Source: Macrostomum lignano (lineage: Eukaryota). Taken from it: a stretch of 64,000 nt of DNA. Shown in pieces: positions 1 to 18,330 of the stretch. Made by a program: the position numbers and the translations under genes. The DNA lies in assembly GCA_002269645.1 (NCBI GenBank), contig NIVC01002283.1, forward strand, positions 42,871-106,870, in the 5' to 3' direction. The notes under the pieces are model-generated. The model was given only the letters and a program-made list of their open reading frames with translations, searched no databases and was not told the origin of the DNA. The stretch's first letter is position 1. Every line of letters starts with the position of its first letter.

Positions 1-59
1 CACCCGCACGGGGCGCGGAGCAGTGAGGCCAACCTGCCTGTTCCCGAGACTGGCAAAAT

Positions 60-5506
<5,447 letters not shown>

Positions 5507-6813
5507 AAGAAGAATTAAAGAGGTGCGCGTGTTGAATAAATTAATCGGACTAATTTTATTGTCTCATGAACTTCAGAGTCCGAAATTCAAGCCGGCTTGT
5601 TTCGTTTCTCAGAAAATATTTGAAGGCCAATTAACTTGCCTGTTTCGTTGCCTCATTGACTTTGGCAAAGCTTTTGTGGAATTGGGGGATTTTACAAGAA
5701 AATTTTAGCATTATTCAAGATAAATCTCCTTAAACAACACGGCATGATATTTTTATTTGGTTTCTGCTGTCTGTTAGTATATGTGTCATTTATTTTATAA
5801 TAGTTACTATGGCGTATATATTTATTATTCATTAAACTTTATTGTTTATACATTTTAATAAGTTTACTATTTGTTTATTTGATTATTATAATTTTTTTCG
5901 TTTGTAATTATTATGAATATGAAATAAAATATTTTTATTAAGGTTCTAAACAAACTCGTTTATTTTTAATATCTAATTATTTTAAATAAAAGTATATCTA
6001 TATTATATTTGCAATAATAGAGCAATTAAAATTTATTTCATAATAAAAAACTATCTAAAGTTTGTATTATTTGTATAATTTTTAGACACAAATTTTTTAA
6101 CTTTGGTATCGAATCTGCATAACAAATAAAAAGAACGTAAATGTCAATGTAGCACTATTGGAACAGGCAAGAAATATTGAAAAAAATAAGCCTAATAATG
6201 TGCTCAAGATGAGCATAGAAACGTTAAAAATCTCAGTTCTCAGTGTGTATGAAATTAATGTGCTTCTATTCTGGATAAAAACTCACTCAAATTTCTCCTA
6301 CTCATCCCACGCATCAAGTTGACATCCCATTTTTTAGATTTTTAATATCCCATCGATTGAAATTCGAATTTAATCTGCTGCACTACTTACAGTAGCTGGG
6401 CACTTTGCGAGTTCTTTTTCAGGTCAGGAAGTTTTTCCTTGAAGTTATGCAGCAAAAGTACATTGAAGATTTTTACTTCAATAACCGAATTTCTTAATAA
6501 TTTCGATGTTATTTTTGTTTCTTCGAATTGCAAAACTTTCGGTTTCAAATGAAATTTCTGTAATTGACTCATTAAATCTGGCTGGAGCGCCCCGCATGTG
6601 TTGTCATCTGTTCAATGCAATTTCATGCGCGCCTTGCACTTGAGCACCAGGGAACTTCTGCAACAATTGCTGCTACGAGCCGTAACAATCGTTTTATTGT
6701 GTTTTCACCGATCTGCCGCTTGAAATAATTTTTAACCTGTGATTTTGTTTCAATTTTTTCCTACAAAGCAGTCGCTACAGCTCTGGACTGCACGAGCCGG
6801 CCATTGCGAAATC

Positions 6814-8220
6814 CAGGGGCGTTGCCATGGATTAATGGTGGGAGGGACAAAGCCGAGAGTTCTACATGTACATGTACATTATTTTCAGAACAGGTGTTGT
6901 CAGCACTCTCTTAGCGCCGCAGGCACTTATCTAAGCGCCGCAGGCACTCATCTAAGCTTCGCAGGCACTCATCTTAGCGCCGCAGGCACTCGTTTTAGCG
7001 CCGCAGGCACTCATTTTAGCGCTGCAGGCACTCGTTTTAGCGCCGCAGGCACTCATCTTAGCGCCGCAGGCACTTGTTTTAGCGCCGCAGGCACTCATCT
7101 AAGCGCCGCAGGCACTCATCTAAGCCCCGCAGGCACTCATCTAAGCCCCGCAGGCACTCATCTTAGCGCCGCAGGCACTCATCTTAGCGCTGCAGGCACT
7201 CGTTTTAGCGCCGCAGGCACTCATCTAAGCCCCGCAGGCACTCATCTTAGCGCCGCAGGCACTCATCTTAGCGCTGCAGGCACTCGTTTTAGCGCCGCAG
7301 GCACTCATCTAAGCCCCGCAGGCACTCATCTTAGCGCCGCAGGCACTCATCTTAGCGCTGCAGGCACTCGTTTTAGCGCCGCAGGCACTCATCTAAGCGC
7401 CGCAGGCACTCATCTAAGCCCCGCAGGCACTCATCTTAGCGCCGCAGGCACTCGTTTTAGCGCCGCAGGCACTCATTTTAGCGCTGCAGGCACTCGTTTT
7501 AGCGCCGCAGGCACTCATCTTAGCGCCGCAGGCACTTGTTTTAGCGCCGCAGGCACTCATCTAAGCGCCGCAGGCACTCATCTAAGCCCCGCAGGCACTC
7601 ATCTAAGCCCCGCAGGCACTCATCTTAGCGCCGCAGGCACTCATCTTAGCGCTGCAGGCACTCGTTTTAGCGCCGCAGGCACTCATCTTAGCGCCGCAGG
7701 CACTCATCTAAGCCCCGCAGGCACTCATCTTAGCGCCGCAGGCACTCGTTTTAGCGCCGCAGGCACTCATTTTAGCGCTGCAGGCACTCGTTTTAGCGCC
7801 GCAGGCACTCATCTTAGCGCCGCAGGCACTCATCTTAGCGCCGCAAGCACTCATCTTAGCGCCGCAGGCACTTGTTTTAGCGCCGCAGGCACTCATCTTA
7901 GCGCCGCAAGCACTCATCTTAGCGCCGCAAGCACTTATTTTAGCGCCGCAGGCACTCATCCTAGCGCCGCAGGCACTCATCTTAGCGCCGCAGGCACTCA
8001 TCCTAGCGCCGCAGGCACTCGTTTTAGCGCCGCAGGCACTCATCTTAGCGCCGCAGGCACTCATCTTAGCGCCGCAGGCACTCATCTTAGCGCCGCAAGC
8101 ACTCATCTTAGCGCCGCAGGCACTTGTTTTAGCGCCGCAGGCACTCATCTTAGCGCCTTAGCGCCTTTTTACTGGGGGGGGGGACATGTCCCCCTGTCCT
8201 CCCCTGTGGCGACACCCCTG
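6814..8220. mobile_element. Non-autonomous hAT-type DNA transposon carrying an internal minisatellite
   Basis: Imperfect TIRs CAGGGGCGTTGCCA (6814) and TGGCGACACCCCTG (ends 8220); exact 8-bp TSD GCGAAATC at 6806-6813 and 8221-8228. Confidence 0.88.
6909..8158. repeat. 21-bp minisatellite (CTTAGCGCCGCAGGCACTCAT), about 59 copies
   Basis: Tandem units; source of the AAGTHLS ORF. Confidence 0.95.
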
Positions 8221-8799
8221 GCGAAATCTACTCTGTAGGATAATCCACAGACAGATGTTCCCTTAGGTTCCTGACCGTCTTATTTCTAAGTTGCACTTTA
8301 GCAACCCAGGCAGTAATCTCATTTTTATTGATATGCATGCAGCGCTAATTCCCTTGTTAGAGACCATAAGCAACAATCAGATTAGCAAACTGTCTGCAAC
8401 CGCTTTCTTCTAGAAGAGGCAAAAGAAACAGCCCCTGTTCTCCGTGGTAGAGAAGAAGCATTTGATCTTGTCGCCTGTCTGCTGCAGCTGTCTCCTAGTA
8501 GAAGAGGCCTGCGGTCAATCTGGGTTACATGGCCGCATTCCGTACTTTGATGGGCCGTTTTGGCTGGCAGGATAATCTGTGCACTTGAATCCGTGCGCAA
8601 GATAGTGCTTCGGGCTGTCATTCTGGTCACTGGGCCAGACATGTGGCCGCATCTCATTAATTATTCATGAGAAGGAAAACTTTTTCGAATCAATTTTAAA
8701 AAATCGAACCAGTTTTCAAAATTAGAATCGACTTAAAGGCCTGAGGCGAAAGGCGTAAGAAAAAAATATTGATTTCTCAAATCATTGATCTCATCAGAG

Positions 8800-9156
8800 G
8801 ATCGCTCATGAACAGCCTAGAGAATCGCTCATAAACAGCCTAGAGAATCGCTCATAAACAGCCTAGAGAATCGCTCATAAACAGCCTAGAGAATCGCTCA
8901 TAAACAGCCTAGAGAATCGCTCATAAACAGCCTAGAGAATCGCTCATAAGCAGCCTAGAGAATCGCTCGTAAGCAGCCTAGAGAATCGCTCATAAACAGC
9001 CTAGAGAATCGCTCATAAACAGCCTAGAGAATCGCTCATAAACAGTCTAGAGAATCGCTCATAAACAGCCTAGAGAATCGCTCATAAGCAGCCTAGAGAA
9101 TCGCTCATAAGCAGCCTAGAGAATCGCTCGTAAGCAGCGTAGAGAATCGCTCATAA
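8800..9156. repeat. 23-bp minisatellite (AGAATCGCTCATAAACAGCCTAG) about 150 bp upstream of the DEG/ENaC start codon
   Basis: About 15 tandem units read directly. Confidence 0.93.
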
Positions 9157-9309
9157 ACGAGGATTTTCTCCCATCTAAAGAAAGCCCCGCAGCCAATCGG
9201 GCGGGCCAGAGAGCCTCTCGCTGCAGCCTTTATCTGGCCGGCCGCTCTGCTCCTCTGCCCAGCACAACCTCGCGGCTTCCCGGCCGCCAAACCGCCAGCC
9301 GCAGTCGCC

Positions 9310-11156
9310 ATGACCTCCGAGGCAGCCCGCAGGGAGCGGTCGTTCTGCAGCTTCCTGCTCGCCACCTTCATCGACAACACCAGCATGCGCGGCTTCCGCA
9401 AGTGCTGCGGCAGCCGGTACGCGGCCCTGCGGCTGCACTGGCTCTTCTACATTGCCAGCATGACCGTCATTCTCGCCTACGGCTCCTTCAACCTCTTCGC
9501 CGAGTTCTTCACCTACAACAAGTCCTACCAGATTGAGGAGGTGCTCAATGACCCGACCCCGTTCCCCAGCCTGACCGTCTGCTCGCTCAGCCCGTTCTCG
9601 CCCGAGGCCGCCTCACTGTGGCGCTCCGGAGAGGTGCCCAGCCCGGCCAGGTTCTCCCGCGACCTGCGCCACGGCATGGGCCGCATGGTCCGCCTGGGCC
9701 GGTACGCGGACGCCGCCAGCCTGTTCCGCAACGACAAGATGGCCACCTACTTCCAGTTCATCAGCGAGTCGCAGGCCACCCAGCTGGGCCATCAGCTGGC
9801 CGAGCTCGTCCCCTTCTGCGTCATGCGGCACAGCAACAACGCCAACCCGAGCGTGGCGCACGAGGAGAAGTGCAACTTCAAGGTCACCGGGGCCCGCCTG
9901 CACCACCCGAGTACCTGGTCTGCTACGACCTCGAGCTGGACGACGCCGAGTCAATCTACGTCAGCAGCCTGTCGCTGATCCTCTCCAATGCGCATCTCAA
10001 CGAGTACCTGCTGCACAACATCAGCTCCACGGCTGGCGGCGGCGTCCGGGTGTCGCGTGACCCGGCCGACAAGGAGCATGTGTTCGACATCTTCAATCAG
10101 GGCGCCGGCTTCCGCATTGTGCTGCACGAGCCCGGCACGCACCCGCTGGCCGACACAGACGGCTTCAGCGTCCAGATGCGCACCTCCACGCTGATCAAGT
10201 ACAAGGCCGTGAAGGTCCAGAAGCTCGACTATCCGGCCGGCGAGTGCGCGGACAGCGCCCGCCTGCCGGACATTTTGGATGACGATAGTCGGTACAAGTA
10301 CACCTTCGCCGCCTGCCTGAGCAGCCAAATTGGGCAGCTGATCCGCCGCCAGTGCAACTGCACCTCCGCCTTCCACGTGCGCCCGCCAGCGGCGGGGCCG
10401 GCCGCGCCCTACTGCGGCCACTACAGCGCCGAGAACCCGCTTGACTTCATCCGCAGGCTGGACTGCGTCAGGAACCTCAACCTCAGCAATCTGATGGCCA
10501 GCGTGATGCACTCGACCTGTCAGAAGCCGTGCACCACGTTTCACTACGAGAGCCACCTGTCCTCCTCCAACTGGACTCCGCAGGTGTGGCAGATCCACTG
10601 GATGATGCACATCAGCAGCGCCCTCAAGCAGGTGATGGACAACCCGTTCGATCAGCACTTCAGCGAGCAGCTGCAGCGCCTCATCAACTTCACCGACCTT
10701 GAGTCCGTGGCCGGCGCGCCCGAGGTCGAAGCTTTGAAGGTGTTCGAGTCGGAGCTGGCCGAGAAGATGGCCCTGGTCACGGTGACCCGGATGAACTACA
10801 ACACCCTGGTGAAGCAGGAGGCGCTGCAGATCACCCCCAGCGCGCTGATGAGCCGCCTGGGAGGCCTGGGCAGCCTGACCATCGGGGTCACCCTCACCTG
10901 CGCTTTCGAGCTGGTTGAACTCATCTACCTGACCGCCAGGCGGCTGCGGCGGCTCGACCAGACAGCGGAAGACGGCGGCGGCGGCGGCGGCGTTGACAGC
11001 AACGGGTCGGCAGCGGGAGCCAACCAGCGAGCCGTGGCGGCGGCTACTGTCGAGCTGCTGCTGCTGCAACAGCAGGCCGGCGCCCTGGCATCGTCTGAAA
11101 GGCAGGCGAATCACGTGCAGCAGGGGTCCTACTATGACAACTGCCCGAGCGGCTGA
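9310..11156 (+). CDS. DEG/ENaC (ASIC-like) amiloride-sensitive channel family subunit, intronless, about 615 aa, with one apparent -1 frameshift near 9906-9908
   Basis: The 9310 ORF gives the pre-TM1 TSMRG, TM1 and FPSLTVC; the overlapping frame continues HPEYLVCY, the Cys-rich thumb (KYTFAACL...CNC...C...C...CQKPC) and TM2 SRLGGLGSLTIGVT...FELVE. Adding one C to CACCCGAG joins the two frames. Confidence 0.88.
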
Positions 11157-11967
11157 TTCTCGCCGAGATGGACTCTGCGGACTTTACACACTGTGAATGA
11201 ATTCGATGTACATCCCCAGCGACCTTCAACGCGCGCCCGCAGCCCCGGCAAAACCAGTCAGCCAAAGCTTTGCAAAATTGTGGGCAAATTTTTCCACTTG
11301 CTAATTTTTTATCGGAATGCAATCTTAAAATCCTGACTGAAGGTCTTGATGTACTTTCTATTGAATAGATTTGTATTGCTTTTCAGCATTGCTGCGTACG
11401 TTGTGCTGGTCTGTCCGACTCGCAATTGCCTTCTAAATGCAGCCTGAATGAAACTGTTCCTGTCTTGTCCCAATTGCTAATCGAGTCTGCTTTCAGCAGG
11501 TAGGTCGAGATTGTCGCGAGTCCCATTGTCAGTCAGCGCTCGAGTTGGTTTTCAAATGAATTTCCGAATTTTCGATTTTTAAAAGCCATCCAACAGGGAA
11601 GCGGAGGGGGCCATCAGTCAAGCGGGTGCGGGTGCCCCCCCCCCCCCCGCTTGTCGCTCATCAACCTCCGCAGCAGACTGAAAAGGTTTTTTTTCTGGGA
11701 CTCGGGATGTGTGCTGGGAACACTGGGATTCTTGCGCGGAGGAGGTGGGGACAATGGGAACATTCTTTGGTGGCAAACTGGCATAAATTAACCGGGTTCT
11801 GGGGTGCAGGCGGCACTGGTGCACTTCTGCTGCGCGCGGGTCGTCTGGGAGGGGCCAACAGAGGCACCCGTGCAGCTGATTGACAACCGTTTTGCTGCAC
11901 TGTCTGCGTTGCCAGAGTGCTGCAGCAACAGGAGCATCGCGAATTGGTAAATGCATACATGAGCTGG

Positions 11968-12986
11968 TATGGGATGGGGTGGACAAGACAGTATGGGATG
12001 AGCTGGACAAGACAGTATGGGATGGGGTGGACAAGACAGTATGGGATGGGGTGGACAAGACAGTATGGGATGGGGTGGACAAGACAGTATGGGATGGGGT
12101 GGACAAGACAGTATGGGATGGGGTGGACAAGACAGTATGTGATGGGGTGGACAAGACAGTATGGGATGGGGTGGACAAGACAGTATGGGATGGGGTGGAC
12201 AAGACAGTATGGGATGGGGTGGACAAGACAGTATGGGATGGGGTGGACAAGACAGTATGGGATGGGGTGGACAAGACAGTAGGGGATGAGATGGACAAGA
12301 CAGTATGGGATGAGCTGGACAAGACAGTATGGGATGAGATGGACAAGACAGACAGTATGGGATGAGCTGGACAAGCCAGACAGTAGGGGATGAGCTGGAC
12401 AAGCCAGACAGTATGGGATGAGATGGACAAGACAGACAGTATGGGATGAGCTGGACAAGACAGACAGTGGGGGATGAGATGGACAAGACAGACAGTATCG
12501 GATGAGATGGACAAGACAGTATGGGATGAGATGGACAAGACAGTATGGGATGAGATGGACAAGACAGTATGGGATGAGATGGACAAGACAGACAGTAGGG
12601 GATGAGATGGACAAGACAGACAGTATGGGATGAGATGGACAAGACAGTATGGGATGAGATGGACAAGACAGTATGGGATGAGTCGAGATGGACAAGACAG
12701 TAGGGGATGAGATGGACAAGACAGTATGGGATGAGATGGACAAGACAGTATGGGATGAGATGGACAAGACAGTAGGGGATGAGATGGACAAGACAGTAGG
12801 GGATGAGATGGACAAGACAGTATGGGATGGGATGGACAAGACAGTATGGAATGGGATGGACAAGACAGTAGGGGATGAGATGGACAAGACAGTATGGGAT
12901 GAGATGGACAAGACAGTAGGGGATGAGAAGGACAAGACAGTAGGGGATGAGAAGGACAAGACAGTAGGGGATGAGAAGGACAAGAC
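11968..12986. repeat. 24-bp minisatellite (GACAAGACAGTATGGGATGGGGTG / ...GAGATG) with 28-bp variants
   Basis: Tandem units; GGGGTG variants cluster on the left and GAGATG variants on the right. Confidence 0.95.
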
Positions 12987-13553
12987 GATCTGTCAAACAG
13001 GCAGCCAAGCAGCATGGAGATTCCAGGAATAATTATGTACTAAAAGGCCGCCAGCAGCAGGTGCAAGGGCTCGCATTCGGGGTCAGCAAGCCACTAATTT
13101 TCGGCGGCGAAGTGTAGAAAGCGGGCGTCAGGAACGATTCCTGCCAACAGCAATCAAAAGAGAGAAAAGCTGGGATGGGAAGCGGAACTAGCGGGATCCA
13201 GCGCTAATGACCGATTGCAAGTGCGAGTTAATGTCTGGCCCTTGCATACCCTGGCGGTAATTCAGATAAAGCGAATGGACTTGAACAGTTTGTATCAGTG
13301 TCTGCTATTGCAGCCAGGAGTTCGGGCTGCCCGTGCACGCATCGAATGCCATTCAAGAGGCTGCAAGGAGCGGCGCGCACTTCTTGGCTGAGATGCACTT
13401 CGGGCCGCCGCATTCCATCGGCTGACTGCGGGAAAACTGAGAGGGAGACTTGAGGGGGGGTTAATCAAGTATACAGCAAGAGTGCTGCCGGGCTGTAAGG
13501 TTAGCTGGGCTGACAAATCGCTTAAGTCTCATGATCGCTCTGTGGCTGCTGCT

Positions 13554-14100
13554 TGTGACTGCATGAAGGTTGTGACTGCATGAAGGTTGTGACTGCATGA
13601 AAGTTGTGACTGCATGAATGTTGTGACTGCATGAAGGTTGTGACTGCATGAAGGTTGTGACTGCATGAAGGTTGTGACTGCATGAAGGTTGTGACTGCAT
13701 GAAGGTTGTGACTGCATGAAGGTTGTGACTGCATGAAGGTTGTGACTGCATGAAGGTTGTGACTGCATGAAAGTTGTGACTGCATGAAAGTTGTGACTGC
13801 ATGAAGGTTGTGACTGCATGAAGGTTGTGACTGCATGAAGGTTGTGACTGCATGAAGGTTGTGACTGCATGAAGGTTGTGACTGCATGAAGGTTGTGACT
13901 GCATGAAGGTTGTGACTGCATGAAGGTTGTGACTGCATGAAGGTTGTGACTGCATGAAGGTTGTGACTGCATGAAGGTTGTGACTGCATGAAGGTTGTGA
14001 CTGCACAGGAACTGAAGGCTGTGACTGCACAGGAACTGAAGGCTGTGACTGCACAGGAGCTGAAGTTTGACTGCACAAGACCTGGGGGTTGTGACTGCAC
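13554..14100. repeat. 17-bp minisatellite (TGTGACTGCATGAAGGT)
   Basis: Tandem units; source of the MQSQPSCSHNLHAVTTF ORFs. Confidence 0.95.
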
Positions 14101-15997
14101 AGTGACTGAACTTGTGAAAGCAGTAAGACTGTTGTCTTGCATGACACCAGACCATGAAGTTGCTGAACAGGTGCAGAGCTGCAAACATGGGAGAGGCCAA
14201 ATTCATTGAGGGTCTGACGGCAGTTGCAAAATAACCTACAGCAGCATTAGCAGCAGCACTTTTCGACTACTGCAGCACAGAAATTGAAACACACCGATAA
14301 AAAAGATGATGGAATGGCCCGTCCCAGCTGCCGCTGACATTTCCTGCTCTTCCGCGTCTTTTTGTGTCGCTAAAACTGTGCAGAACTGTACAAAATCTTT
14401 TGCTAGTTTTGAAAAAAAAATTAAAATCAGCAACTTCTCGCCATTAAACTTGAAGTTTTGTTAATCGTAACCTACTGGCTTGGCAACATCGGTGAGAGGT
14501 TCGAGTTCGCGTCTTCTTCAGCCCTGATTCCCTGTCAGCGGCAAAGCAACTTGGCGAGTTGAAGGCCTGTAGAAGTTTTTGTGCTGTGGGAACTTTCTGC
14601 GGGCTGTTGATCGAGGACGGGAGAAAACTATCAGTGCGGAGGCCGCCGGCTCGGGGGGGGGGGGCTGCAGCCACCTGCAGTTGCGGCTTCAGGAATTCCG
14701 CTGGCTTCCGCAGCTCTCTTATTCTTTTGCTTGTTTAATCCTCTTTGCAGGGCGTGTTCCGCAGGCTTGCTGGCAGCGGGGGGCATCGGAGCTGGAGTGG
14801 AGGAGGCGAATGCGGCGCTGCCCCCGCTCTACCGCTGCCTCTGCGGTTCGGGGTGGGAAGCCGGGCACGGAGTGAAAGTCGGACTTTGCCCCCAGAAGAA
14901 GATTTCGGCAAAGCCGCGCAGATAATGAACACTCGGCCTGCCTGCCTCTCCGGGGTCATTGTTGTGCCGATTCATTACCGGCAGCAGCTCATCCGGACCC
15001 AGCTGTCGAGTCTGCCAACGCCCGGGGTTAAAAAGTGCTCGAGCGATTCGCTGTCAGACAGCCCGCTGACAAGGCTGCCGGGGGTCTGCCTGGATGCTGT
15101 GCAGGATGCTGAGCGGGAAATGCAGCTTTGTACTATCTGGATCCGGCTGGGTCCAGCAAGTTGCTGCAGGGTGCGCCTGATTACTGTAAGTAGTATCCAG
15201 CGACCACTGGAAGAAACTAAGAGTCTCTCGACTTTGATTTTTGGAGAATTTCTACACTCGAAACTGGTGAGCAAAGAAGAATTCAAGCACAACATCTACA
15301 TGACGAAACAAAATTTAATCAAGCAGGGATGGAGAGGACTGTAAATCTAGTATCTGGAGTGCCAGCTCTGGTGGAGGCTCGGACCCGAGTAGGCTCAGAG
15401 GCTCGCTCTGCTAAACTGAAGGAGTTGATCGAGCGGGTGGAGGAAAATGATGAAGAGAGAGGAGAAAGAATATAGGGATCTAGCAAAAATTCTTCTCCTC
15501 CTTGCGGTGCATCAGTGCACAAGCCTCTAGTCTGGGGACATCTGTAGGCGGGACTTCCTTCAGGCCTTCCCTCCGCCAGACGATCAGGGTGACAGGATGC
15601 GTGCGACCTGCACCTCAATTCATTTCTGCGCAGAGCAGCGACCTTATTATTTAGATTTCTCTTAGCACCGCAGAGTTGAGAAGGCACCTTCTCTGCTCGG
15701 CTGCGATTATGAGAGAACCTGAGTGGATGAGTTGTGACAATCTGATTGTTGGCTGTAACAGGCTCCCATGTGCAGTGGCCCGACCAAAATGCTGAATAGC
15801 CCCTCTGATCGCAGCAGCGCCTCTCTGTGAAAGTCAGGACGGCCGCCCCCTTCCTGACCAGGTTTTGACTGTCCCCCATGGTCCCCATGGTATTTCCGTG
15901 GCTTTCCCTGCGGCAGAGTTCTCCCATACAAACGCATTGACCTATGTCTCACTAGGAGGCCCCATGGTTTTGTCATGAATGTAGGATTCATATATCG

Positions 15998-16716
15998 ATG
16001 TTGAGTGCTTAATGGTCTAATTATTTGGTTTATCTTTAAATATAGCATTTCCAAGCCAATCGAGCCTAGGAGCAAGCAATTTAATCCTTATTGGGAGAAT
16101 CAACCTATTGAAGAGTTGTCTTTCTATGGCCCAAAAGGGGGTCTGTGGAGCAACCAATTTGAGAAACTGGGCGCGCAATTAATCCTTTTCACACGCAGTG
16201 CTCGTATTTCCTTCACGAATAACTTCACTGAAATAAAGTCAGCAAATAGATGGCAAGTAGATATCAAAAAACGATTGACATTAACACTTTGATTTCAGAG
16301 AAACCAATCAAAACAGGTCCCATGGCAAAGGCAAAACCATGGCATACAGTATAAGCCGAGAACAATCGTGTCTCTCAAAACAGTGTTGGACAGATTGAAA
16401 TCAAACCCGATCAAATCAAACCCGAAGCAAACCTTTCGGCACTGCTCTGCTCGCTAAATTCTTCGCCATATCTATGTTGTTCTAATGAAATCTGCTATTT
16501 TTCTATGGTCTAAGGCTTGCACAACTGTGGAAAGGATTAATAGCGCGCCCAAATCCTCAAATTAGTTGCTCCCTAGACCCCCTTTCGGGCCATAGACAGT
16601 GGAAAGCAAGTCTTCAATAGCTTGATTTTCCCACTAAGGATTAAATTGCTTGCTCTTAGGCTCAATTGGCTTGGAAAATGGTATATTTAAAGATAGACCA
16701 TTTAAGCACTCAACAT
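15998..16716. mobile_element. Foldback-like element with about 200-bp imperfect terminal inverted repeats
   Basis: ATGTTGAGTGCTTAATGGTCT...TTTCCAAGCCAATCGAGCCTAGGAGCAAGCAATTTAATCCTTA (15998-about 16195) is mirrored at about 16527-16716 (...AAGCACTCAACAT). No TSD identified. Confidence 0.75.
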
Positions 16717-16790
16717 TACGCTTTACGAACTTTACGAGTACGCTCTGCGTAAGATCAATACTAAGCCAGTTTCTCGAAAAGCCAGTTTCA

Positions 16791-16862
16791 GGGGGTCTTT
16801 CTCGAAAGCAACTTACGATCGGCCATAGACGTAAGTTGGGGAGGAAGTGCTTATGGCTTGCT
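16791..16862 (+). mobile_element. Isolated copy of the PIF/Harbinger-like left terminus
   Basis: About 70 bp nearly identical to 17261-17332 (GGGGGTCTTTCTCGAAAGCAACTTACGATCGGCCATAGACGTAAG...); both copies follow TCAG/CCAG. Confidence 0.6.
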
Positions 16863-17052
16863 AGCAGCGGCATCCTCGATTTCAGAAACTATTTTTTTCC
16901 AGCTCAAAAAGATGAACCTTTTAGTTGGGTATCGCCTGGAACAATGAATCCAGAATATCCTCGTCCTTTGGATCTAGCTATCACAGACTCCGGAAGATCG
17001 TCAGGCTCATCCAAAATGGCCCCAATCTCTTCGGTTGACAATCCGGATATCA

Positions 17053-18330
17053 TTTCATAAGGACTTTAGTTGGCGGTTCTATATTTGCCAAATACACTTG
17101 TAACCCGTAACTAAAAATTGACTCGCGCAAACAGATAAGGCGAGCAAACCAACGCGAGCAGCCTTTAACCGGAGGGGGTGGGTGCGCGCGGACAGAGAGA
17201 CGGAGGGGGGAGGGGCGCGACGGAGGTCGAGAGAGTACACACGGAGTACAAAGCGGCCAGGGGGGGTCTTTCTCGAAAGCAACTTACGATCGGCCATAGA
17301 CGTAAGTTGGGAGGAAGTGCTTATGGCTTGCTCGAAAGTCTCGCAACTTGAAATGACGTACGATCGATCGCAACTTTGCGAGCTCGTAACTTTGCGCAAG
17401 ACTCTTTCTCGAAACGTTCGTATGTCTATGGTCTTTCGTAAGGTTGATCTTAACCCTAGACTGCTCGGTATCAGTCGTAAGAAGCACTTATCGGAAAGAT
17501 CTCAGGGTACGATATCTTTAATACTGCAAGTGACAGCAAAGATCATGGCGACCAAGCGTCAACCCAACTTCTCGCCTGGAGAAAAGGAAGAGTTGGTGAA
17601 TTACGTAAACAAGTACCTCGATACTATCAATTCTAAAGTCTGAGGGTGTGATTGGTAGTGATGTCCACGATATAGCGGAATGGGCGTTCGCGCCTTCCCG
17701 CTGTGTCCCCCCGGGACAGCCCTGCAGCTAAAATGTCCACAACTGGTGTGTTCTGTGATTTAGGGGTCAATGTGGAGTTGTGCGGGTTGATTGTCTACTT
17801 TAATTGCGTTGATCTGTTACGACTTTTAACTGTCAAGCCAAAAAAACTGGTTAACAACTGCTCGCGTTCTAAAACATTATAATCTTTTGCTTGTACATGC
17901 ATGTATTTCTTTTTACTTTCCTAAAATAAAATAAAATAAAACTGGTGCCCATTTCCTATTACTGTTAGTAAAAAATAAAGCAAGAAATCCATATAATTAA
18001 AATTAGCTTTTTAGATTTGATTTTTTGTCTTCTCTTCCATAGACAACATTTTATCGACTTAACTAGACTCACAAATCGCGTGAGTCACGCAAAGTCTAAG
18101 CGAGTTTCGAGTTTCGTTTGCGCTCCCCCTGCCTGGCCGCTTTGTACTTTCTCGCCCTCCGTCGCGCCCCTCCTCCCTCCGTCTCTCTGTCCGCGCGCAC
18201 CCACCCCCTCCGGTTAAAGGCTGCTCGCGTTGGTTTTGCTCGCCTTATCTGTTTGCGCGAGTCAATTTTTAGTTACGGGTTACAAGTGTATTTGGCAAAT
18301 ATAGAACCACTAACTAAAGTCCTAATGAAA
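17053..18330. mobile_element. Long-TIR (foldback/MULE-like) element, arms about 200 bp at high identity, interrupted by a Harbinger fragment
   Basis: 17053-17260 (TTTCATAAGGACTTTAG...GTACAAAGCGGCCAG) is the reverse complement of 18133-18330 apart from a few mismatches and an indel of about 11 nt. No TSD found. Confidence 0.8.
17261..17643 (+). mobile_element. PIF/Harbinger transposon 5' fragment with truncated Myb/SANT-like DNA-binding ORF (17545-17643)
   Basis: Peptide MATKRQPNFSPGEKEELVNYVNKYLDTINSKV matches the R-x-x-NFS-x-x-E-x-x-x-L start of Harbinger Myb/SANT proteins as recalled, not searched. It has repeated TACGATC sub-terminal motifs and is inserted after CAG. Confidence 0.65.

Noticed and set aside
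8401-8550. Peptide REEAFDLVACLLQLSPSRR resembling protein-kinase subdomain XI
   Set aside because: Short, bounded by in-frame stops, with no other kinase subdomains nearby; a chance match or tiny relic.
14960-15840. Broken frames with peptides (EKEYRDLAKILLLLA, EPEWMSCDNLIVGCNRLPC) faintly like a decayed DNA transposase
   Set aside because: Similarity is from memory only and needs multiple frameshifts; a TBLASTN/HMM search is required before calling it.
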